Shown piece by piece: positions 1 to 4,576 of a stretch of DNA of 5,656 nucleotides (positions are counted from its first letter, which is position 1; each line of letters begins with the position of its first letter). The translations under genes were made by a program, and so were the position numbers. The DNA is from Escherichia coli (GTDB lineage: Bacteria > Pseudomonadota > Gammaproteobacteria > Enterobacterales > Enterobacteriaceae). Location: assembly GCF_003334765.1 (NCBI RefSeq), contig NZ_QOWT01000063.1. The stretch is one strand, 5' to 3'. The notes under the pieces are model-generated. The model saw only the letters and a program-made list of their open reading frames with translations. It had not been told where the DNA came from and searched no databases.

Positions 1-42
1 GAGCGGTTTTTCAATTGCCTCAATGGCATCAGACGGATTCAT
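1..42 (-). CDS. Partial CDS (first 14 codons only, continues past the left edge); probable N-terminus of a YeeP/YkfA/YfjP-type island GTPase
   Basis: The minus-strand ATG at 42-40 reads MNPSDAIEAIEKPL and stays open to position 1. This matches my recollection of the N-terminus of the CP4-type prophage GTPase family. Its position after a cargo region also fits that island type. Only 42 nt are visible and the identity rests on memory. Confidence 0.45.
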   Translation of the reverse strand, partial: MNPSDAIEAIEKPL

Positions 43-58
43 ACATGTATTCCCGGTG

Positions 59-98
59 AAAAAAGACAAAACCCCGCGCACCGGAAAGGTGGCGGGGG
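59..98 (-). terminator. Rho-independent terminator downstream of the 387-aa ORF
   Basis: The minus strand reads CCCCGCCACC-TTTCC-GGTGCGCGGGG (plus 72-97). The stem is CCCCGC/GCGGGG plus CACC/GGTG with one bulged G. It is followed directly by TTTTGTCTTTTTT (plus 59-71). The hairpin starts 28 nt after the TAA stop at 128-126. Confidence 0.8.
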
Positions 99-125
99 AT
101 TCACGGAAATAATATCTGTCTGAAA

Positions 126-1277
126 TTATCTGGAATCGATTTGGCTGTTCTGCCTGGTTGCCACCAAATCATGGTACGCCTGCTCAATCATTTCATTCAG
201 CAGTTTTTTTGGGAGGACACCACGACTTCGGGCAATACTTTCAAGCTGTTTGTGGATTTTTCCGGACAGTTTCAGAGGGACGGAACCATCAGCACGTTCA
301 TCACGCCTTTTTTGTTGCTCCCGGGCACTTTTCAGCTCATCAAGAAGAATCGCTTTATGCTGAATCCTGGGGGCCTGGAAGGAGACCTGCGTAAACTTCG
401 CTCTGTTCCGTCTGGGATTACTTTCCAGTAAAAACTGTACCTGTTGCTCATTCCAGCCCTCCCAGTTATCAAACGTGGCGCAAGCAAACCAGTATTTCTG
501 CTCCGGGGTAAGGGGATTCAGCGGGGTTCCCACACACCGGACCTGCATGGCGTTCCATAACCAGTCACACTGTTCACTGTCCCTGCTGTCCACCCACGAA
601 AAGGGGGAGGGGTAATCATTGTTTATGCTGGCCCATTCAGAGAATACTGAGTTGATAATCGTCCTCGTAGCCTCTGGTCCGGATTTCAGCAGGTAACTGG
701 AGCAGAACCATATAATTTCACGGTAGATTTTATCCGGATGCACGGTGCGCATCGGCTTTTCTCTGGGACCGGCAATCTTCGGTTGCGATGGAAACCCCGT
801 GGCAAACCGCAGATGTTCCGGGGGCATTCCTGAACGTTTTTCAGGAATGGGTGTGAGTCCTGCGTTTCTGGTCTTTTCCGCTTGTCCGGTATTGCCTCCG
901 GCCGGAGTGTTGTCGGGAGTATCTTCCGGAGGCGAGGTGTTTTCATTAGTTGGGGGAACAACAGCAGAACTGTCCATCTCCGGAATGGGTTGAGGGGCAT
1001 AATCACTGTGGTAGCCAGGGGAAAGCGTTAAGTCCCGAAGGGTGACATCAGGTTCCGGGCAGTGAGTGCCACCGGGAGTGAACGGGAGTTGTTGCTTTTG
1101 GGAGAAAAATGTATTGTGAATGCGGGTATACAGCTGGAACAGAAAAAAATAAGATGCCCGTGGTTCTTTTTTTAACCACTGTGTATATTCCTCTATGGCA
1201 CCGAGCTGTTGTTTGTGCCGTTTTACAGCATCGATATACGGACAGCTGGTGCAGATATCATCCAGTTCCTTTCCCAC
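126..1277 (-). CDS. Hypothetical modular protein (383 aa from GTG 1277; 387 aa if GTG 1289), with a C-terminal ribbon-helix-helix-like motif
   Basis: This 1164-nt open frame is by far the longest in the window. There is no ATG in the first 104 codons. GTG at 1277-1275 is preceded by GAGGTG (1287-1282), and stop codons lie in frame upstream of 1289. The translation shows an N-terminal ~70 aa with CTSC, then a Pro/Thr/Asn/Glu/Gly-rich low-complexity stretch (about aa 95-185, nt 734-1007). A Trp-rich segment follows (8 W between about aa 194 and 280), then a basic stretch QQKRRDERAD. The end reads VPLKLSGKIHKQLESIARSRGVLPKKLLNEMIEQAYHDL, which has a strand-helix-helix pattern. I recognise no family. 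Confidence 0.8.
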   Translation of the reverse strand: MGKELDDICTSCPYIDAVKRHKQQLGAIEEYTQWLKKEPRASYFFLFQLYTRIHNTFFSQKQQLPFTPGGTHCPEPDVTLRDLTLSPGYHSDYAPQPIPEMDSSAVVPPTNENTSPPEDTPDNTPAGGNTGQAEKTRNAGLTPIPEKRSGMPPEHLRFATGFPSQPKIAGPREKPMRTVHPDKIYREIIWFCSSYLLKSGPEATRTIINSVFSEWASINNDYPSPFSWVDSRDSEQCDWLWNAMQVRCVGTPLNPLTPEQKYWFACATFDNWEGWNEQQVQFLLESNPRRNRAKFTQVSFQAPRIQHKAILLDELKSAREQQKRRDERADGSVPLKLSGKIHKQLESIARSRGVLPKKLLNEMIEQAYHDLVATRQNSQIDSR

Positions 1278-1311
1278 AATACACCTCACCTGCTTTTCTC
1301 ACATTTGCAGA

Positions 1312-1354
1312 TTTTAAAAAAGCAAACAAAAACCTCCGTACATGATGTACAGAA
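1312..1354 (-). promoter_or_regulatory. Palindrome GTACAT-N-ATGTAC with a downstream T-tract: a weak intrinsic terminator/attenuator or an operator in the leader of the 387-aa ORF
   Basis: The minus strand reads TTCTGTAC-ATCAT-GTACGGAG (plus 1334-1354), an 8 bp stem including 2 G-U pairs. It is followed by GTTTTTGTTTGCTTTTTT (plus 1333-1316). The core GTACATGATGTAC (1339-1351) is a perfect 6+6 palindrome. It ends about 35-45 nt upstream of the GTG starts, which leaves no room for a separate promoter. Confidence 0.35.
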
Positions 1355-1388
1355 CAATCTACCAGGTAGTGGCGTCAGAAAACCTCCG
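1329..1388. repeat. 10-bp direct repeat AAAACCTCCG, two copies exactly 50 bp apart
   Basis: Copies lie at 1329-1338 and 1379-1388 (minus strand CGGAGGTTTT). The first copy forms the 3' arm of the palindrome/terminator-like hairpin. Similarity does not extend beyond about 11 nt. Confidence 0.6.
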
Positions 1389-1663
1389 GGCCGCCTGCAC
1401 TTTCCGGAATGCGCCGGTTATGAAAAACCGGAAATTCAGTCTCTGTTGTAAGATGTACCCTCTGATACTACGTTTTCTCTGTGTATTTAACTCACTGTAT
1501 TTATTGTCTTTTTAAGCTTGACTGATATTCTCCGGTCATAGTGTGCCGGATACACATCCCGTAAACTTCTCATTTTTATATAAAAATACCTGCACTCTCT
1601 TCAGCGCATCTGTCTCCTTTAAGTAAAAAATGTTTTTACGTATTGCTGTAAATTCATTTTAAA

Positions 1664-1966
1664 TCAGTATATTACCTTGATATTGCTGTCTCCTGGTTTG
1701 ATGCGTAATCGTTCTGCCTTTCTGGATGATTCTGGTGCTTCCGGGTGCATTCTCCTCTGCACATGCAACAGTTCGTCATCGCCACGCTCCCAAAAAGCAT
1801 ATAAAAACGAATCGAATTTGATATTTTTTTCAATCGTTTTTCATAGGAATTTCGTAGGGTATTCTCCGCTATAACCTCCATATTTGCTGTCTTTTTCTTC
1901 ATAAATCGTATGCAATGTAGCCTGTCTGTCAAGACCTCTTCTCTGCTGTTGAGGAGACGATCTCAT
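1664..1966 (-). pseudogene. Possible small gene or pseudogene; reading frame ambiguous (101-codon frame with one internal TGA, overlapping the 86-codon open frame 1672-1932)
   Basis: The frame from ATG 1966 reads MRSSPQQQRRGLDRQATLHTIYEEKDSKYGGYSGEYPTKFL, then TGA at 1843-1841. It continues KTIEKNIKFDSFLYAFWERGDDELLHVQRRMHPEAPESSRKAERLRIKPGDSNIKVIY, with a stop at 1666-1664. This frame is protein-like and has a higher first-position G content than the alternative. The ORF-track frame (TTG 1932, first ATG 1902) has no stop but gives a Cys-rich, odd peptide. I recognise no homology for either frame. Confidence 0.3.
1905..1932 (-). promoter_or_regulatory. Sigma70-like promoter candidate firing leftward
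   Basis: The minus strand reads TTGACA (1932-1927), a 16-nt spacer, then TACGAT (1910-1905). The -35 is perfect and the -10 matches 4 of 6. The predicted start is near 1897. The element lies inside the interrupted ORF, so it may be fortuitous. Confidence 0.35.
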
Positions 1967-2407
1967 TTTTGGTCTTTTCCGGGAGAGAGGCTGTCAGATG
2001 AGCGAGCCGGATATACTGTCAGAGGTACACCCCGTAGCAGACCTGTGCTCCCATTTCCGCGATCCGGAACCAACAACACCCTACGGTTAATACCATTTGA
2101 AGCGTCAGGTACTGCAGGAAGTTCCCCCCTGCGCGGACATCGGTTCCTGCCGACATCTCACAATACGGCCAGACTGTCATGCAGTAACACCCGCATGCGG
2201 TCTGCGGTTTTAAGCGCACTCTCCCGTTTTCAGTGCACCGATAATGCGTCATAGTAAGTCTGGGGGAAGTTACGGAATGCCTGTTAAGTGGTGCCGTGGG
2301 TGGAGACAGCTTACTTTTCTACAGCAACTGCAGTCATTCAGGATGATCAGGAGATATTCTGTCAATGTCACGATCCTGCCATTTTCGTACCCGCTAAGAT
2401 ACTTCCG

Positions 2408-2566
2408 TTACTGATGCTGTCCGCTTTTCACCATTTCATCCTCACTGACAGGCGTTGCGTTTTGGGTCATCACCACAGCTTTACGTTTCTCTTTTAACCG
2501 GTAACGCTCTCCTTTGATATTCAGCGTGGTTGAGTGATGCAGCAGTCAATCCAGGAGCGCTGTTGT
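2408..2566 (-). pseudogene. istB: C-terminal fragment of the IS21-family helper ATPase IstB, carrying an in-frame nonsense codon
   Basis: The minus-strand translation is TTALLD*LLHHSTTLNIKGERYRLKEKRKAVVMTQNATPVSEDEMVKSGQHQ*. It contains the IstB C-terminal signature LDRLLHH...I.G.SYRLK.K. TGA at 2548-2546 sits where the Arg codon should be. The stop TAA is at 2410-2408. About 200 N-terminal codons are missing. Confidence 0.75.
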
Positions 2567-2871
2567 CCGGCAACCACCATATCAACTTCTTCCCGGGTGT
2601 GGCGGAGAGGTGGTATCCTGGCTGAGTTTCGAAGCGAACCGTTCTTTTTGACGGGCGCATTTTACGTCCGGGCTGAATGTAGTAACGCGGCATGGAACGT
2701 CGGCCCGTATACCATTGCCTTAATCTCCGCAAAGATAACCTCGTCATTCCGGACATTCTCTGCCAGGCATATGTCGATGTAATCCATAAACGATTTCAGC
2801 TTACCCCTTTTGTTGTGGCCAGTCTTTCTGGCTGGCGGTTCAGGGGATGTTTTCTGGTTATCGTGTACCAC
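2560..2871 (-). pseudogene. istA: N-terminal fragment of the IS21-family transposase IstA (IS100-like), with two frameshifts and truncated by deletion
   Basis: Three successive minus-strand frames give recognisable IstA sequence. The first reads SPEPPARKTGHNKRGKLKSFMDYIDICLAENVRNDEVIFAEIKAMVYGP (to 2701). The second reads RSMPRYYIQPGRKMRPSKRTVRFETQPGYHLS (2699-2604). The third reads HTREEVDMVVAGQQ (2601-2560). These are collinear with about aa 40-140 of IS100 IstA as I remember it (YPEPPARKTRHKMVKLKPFMDYIDMRLAENVWNSEVIFAEIKAMGYTGGRSMLRYYIQPKRKMRPSKRTVRFETQPGYQLQHDWGEVEVEVAGQ). Upstream of 2871 the HTH region is too degraded to read. Confidence 0.8.
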
Positions 2872-3590
2872 AAAGCAGGGATATTGCCCCGATAGTCACA
2901 TTTCAGATTGATCGCGGTCTGAAGATGTGGCACTGAGGTAACGTGCTGGTGTCACTGGTATTGCTGAAGTTATGGTTTTTCGGGGTCAGGTGAGCCTGTT
3001 GTGTGTATGCTTTTTGTTCAGGTCAGAGGGGGACTGTGTGGACAGCGGCTTTTGTCTCCGGGCATTCACGCCTGAACGATGAATGCGATTTTCAGCAATA
3101 TTTGTCTTTGTGACACTCTCTGGTTGAGAAGCTAATGCGCGCCCCTGTTTCCACAGAGAATGAGGCTTGCCATCAGCCGAAACATCAGTATTCCACGCCA
3201 TACAGACGGCGCCTGACCATGTGCTGATGCAGGTAAAATGTTTCACTACAACTGTTCGGGTTGCTATGCAACGAAACAGCGATTCTCACGATCTTTAACT
3301 GCAACGTTTTTCCGCCTGAAAGCTGACTGCCTCCTGCTGAGGTGGGAGGCTATGATTCAGTGCGTTTATAGTCTCCGGGGTATGCATGTACCGGAGCATA
3401 CCATTTCTGGTGGATAACAAGCCGGCACATTCAGACTGCAGTGAAGATGGAGGCACCTGGTTGTGAAGAACGTTTCTGCCCGTGGCTGCTTCGCATCATC
3501 AATGGTATTCATACCCGCTCAGAAATGACCGGGTGCTGAAGCCCTCCGTTATCGCGCAGTATAATGACGTATATGATCTGTGGACGAGTG

Positions 3591-3615
3591 AGCGGCGTGC
3601 CTGATGTACGCCGCT
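3591..3615. other. GC-rich hairpin (8-bp stem); possible plus-strand terminator or RNA-stability element
   Basis: AGCGGCGT (3591-3598) pairs with ACGCCGCT (3608-3615) around a 9-nt loop. On the plus strand it is followed by ATTACTGTATTTTA, which is only moderately U-rich. There is no U-tract on the minus strand. Confidence 0.3.
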
Positions 3616-3629
3616 ATTACTGTATTTTA

Positions 3630-3663
3630 CCACAGGGCTGGTTTTCTGCTGCCAGCCCTGTGG
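3630..3663 (-). terminator. Perfect 12-bp hairpin 10 nt after the stop of the 200-aa ORF; likely transcript end or stabiliser, but it lacks a canonical U-tract
   Basis: CCACAGGGCTGG (3630-3641) pairs with CCAGCCCTGTGG (3652-3663) around a 10-nt loop. On the minus strand it is followed by TAAAATACAGTAATA, which is A/U-rich but not a T-run. Confidence 0.45.
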
Positions 3664-3673
3664 TTCTCAGACA

Positions 3674-4276
3674 TCAACTGTGAGCGGCATCAACCGATGT
3701 ACGGTATGCCATAAGCACGTACTGATCCATCAGATTTGTCAGTGGTTCACTCTGACCCTGACGTGCAATGATCCATTGCTCCAGATCTTTTTCTGATTTG
3801 TGTTTCAGGTTTTTCGTCCAGTCGTCAAGGCTGTTTCCGGTCATTAAGTCAAGCCAGCAGAGCCAGACCAGTTTGAGACGTAACTCCGTGCCGCCAAACT
3901 GACGGAAGAGGCTGATCAGTTTGTTTGCCAGAGAATGTTGCTTCAGGCGCTCACATTCAGACAGCAGGATCCCTTCCAGCATCGGATGATGAACCAGCAG
4001 GTGTTCGCTGGTGCATAAATTCACCACCAGATCATCATCCAGGGACGGGGAGCTCCGTTTGTCCGGACCATAAATCAGCCGGTGCAGACTCTGGGGAACG
4101 ATGGCAATCTCCGGTTTTTCGCCATTGAATGACACCCACCCGGGCGTCAGATTATGGAAATAGTAGATATTCGGATGACACACGCCCCATGATACGGCGT
4201 GCCGGGTGAAGCCGGTCAGCCATTTCTGGTAGTTTTCATGGAGCAGCTCGTAACGGGTCTGATACTGTTGTTTCAT
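3674..4276 (-). CDS. Hypothetical protein (200 aa), co-oriented with and downstream of the AlpA-family gene
   Basis: The open frame is 618 nt. The GTG at 4291 and the ATG at 4282 sit on or too close to the SD. GAGGAA (4289-4284) lies 7 nt upstream of the ATG at 4276, giving MKQQYQTRYELLHENYQKW.... The stop TGA is at 3676-3674. By position I expected a YagK/YfjJ (inovirus Gp2-like) protein. The sequence lacks the HYH-type motif I associate with that family, so I leave it unassigned. Confidence 0.8.
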   Translation of the reverse strand: MKQQYQTRYELLHENYQKWLTGFTRHAVSWGVCHPNIYYFHNLTPGWVSFNGEKPEIAIVPQSLHRLIYGPDKRSSPSLDDDLVVNLCTSEHLLVHHPMLEGILLSECERLKQHSLANKLISLFRQFGGTELRLKLVWLCWLDLMTGNSLDDWTKNLKHKSEKDLEQWIIARQGQSEPLTNLMDQYVLMAYRTSVDAAHS

Positions 4277-4304
4277 TTTCATATTCCTCACGGGGGATAA
4301 CAGG

Positions 4305-4344
4305 CAGCAGAGCGCCGCCGGCAGGCCGGAGATTGCGTCTGCTG
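4305..4344 (-). other. GC-rich intercistronic hairpin between the AlpA-family gene and the 200-aa ORF
   Basis: CAGCAGA (4305-4311) pairs with TCTGCTG (4338-4344). The stem encloses a GC-rich 26-nt segment with an internal CCGG-cagg-CCGG stem. No T-tract follows on the minus strand, so it is not a canonical terminator. Confidence 0.4.
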
Positions 4345-4369
4345 TGGGCGAAGGGTTAGTGGTTAAAAA

Positions 4370-4576
4370 TTACAGACGGGACTGTGCAATACGCGCCTGC
4401 AGCCAGGCTTCCACTTCACTTTTCAGCCAGCGGGAGCTGCGCCCCATTTTGATGGGCGCAGGAAAGCCCCCATCTTTGATGAGTTTGTCAAACCACTTAT
4501 CGGTTAGGCCGGTCAGTTGAGTGATAAACGCCATGTCGACCATCTGGTCATCCATCAGCGAAACTGGGGTAGCCAT
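4370..4576 (-). CDS. alpA: AlpA-family (phage/island) transcriptional regulator, 68 aa
   Basis: The translation is MATPVSLMDDQMVDMAFITQLTGLTDKWFDKLIKDGGFPAPIKMGRSSRWLKSEVEAWLQARIAQSRL. It fits the AlpA/Phage_AlpA pattern: an HTH, then G.FP.PIK.G, then W...E.E.W. GGAGGAA (4590-4584) lies 7 nt upstream of the ATG at 4576. The ORF track's 135-aa version starts at a GTG with no SD and adds a non-family extension. The stop TAA is at 4372-4370. Confidence 0.9.
   Translation of the reverse strand: MATPVSLMDDQMVDMAFITQLTGLTDKWFDKLIKDGGFPAPIKMGRSSRWLKSEVEAWLQARIAQSRL

Larger units (their letters stand above)
2180..2960 (-). mobile_element. Decayed IS21-family (IS100-like) insertion sequence remnant with a large internal deletion; outer boundaries uncertain
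   Basis: The recognisable coding core is 2408-2871 (see the istA and istB fragments). Imperfect inverted copies of a CAGTG(A/C)CAC-type motif flank it. On the plus strand these are CAGTAACACC at 2182, CAGTGCACC at 2231 and CAATGTCAC at 2363. On the minus strand they are CAGTGACACC at about 2957-2948 and CAGTGCCAC at about 2935-2927. This fits the multiple terminal repeats of IS21-family ends. I could not define the termini or a target duplication. Confidence 0.7.

Noticed and set aside
141-993. Plus-strand ORFs of 96, 78 and 82 aa (141-431, 158-394, 745-993) and the minus-strand 106-aa ORF at 686-1006
   Set aside because: All lie inside the 1164-nt minus-strand ORF, either antisense to it or in alternative frames. 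They give Gly/Pro/Arg/His-rich peptides with no SD support, and are typical shadow ORFs.
1290-1450. Type III toxin-antitoxin-like layout (repeat array, then terminator, then ORF) upstream of the 387-aa gene
   Set aside because: The repeat is only about 10-11 nt in two copies, with a loose third CGG..TTTTT near 1430. The intervening 50-nt units are unrelated, so there is no tandem RNA repeat array.
1482-1510. LexA-box-like CTGTATTTATTG and the duplicated TGTATTTA (1482-1489, 1496-1503)
   Set aside because: Only one CTGT half-site is present, with TCTT where ACAG is required. The 8-mer duplication in AT-rich DNA is unremarkable.
1664-1720. RelE/ParE-like toxin motif (RLRI..GD..I.VIY) at the end of the interrupted small ORF
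   Set aside because: This is a short motif only. In real RelE/ParE proteins about 25 more residues follow it and the upstream helices look different. It is too weak to claim.
1910-2254. 114-aa plus-strand ORF and the overlapping 77-aa minus-strand ORF (2019-2252)
   Set aside because: The peptides are Arg/Ser/Leu-rich or Cys/Gly-rich with no SD and no recognisable motif. Every frame here is moderately open, which fits decayed or non-coding DNA better than genes.
2986-3246. 86-aa minus-strand ORF (MKHFTCISTWSG...)
   Set aside because: It has a GTG start without an SD and no recognisable family, and it runs into the presumed IS end region. It may be a fragment of a disrupted gene, but I cannot support it as a CDS.
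3674-4291. Calling the 200/205-aa ORF an inovirus Gp2-like YagK/YfjJ protein on positional grounds
   Set aside because: The translation lacks the HYH-containing core I associate with that family. Position alone is not enough evidence, so it stays hypothetical.
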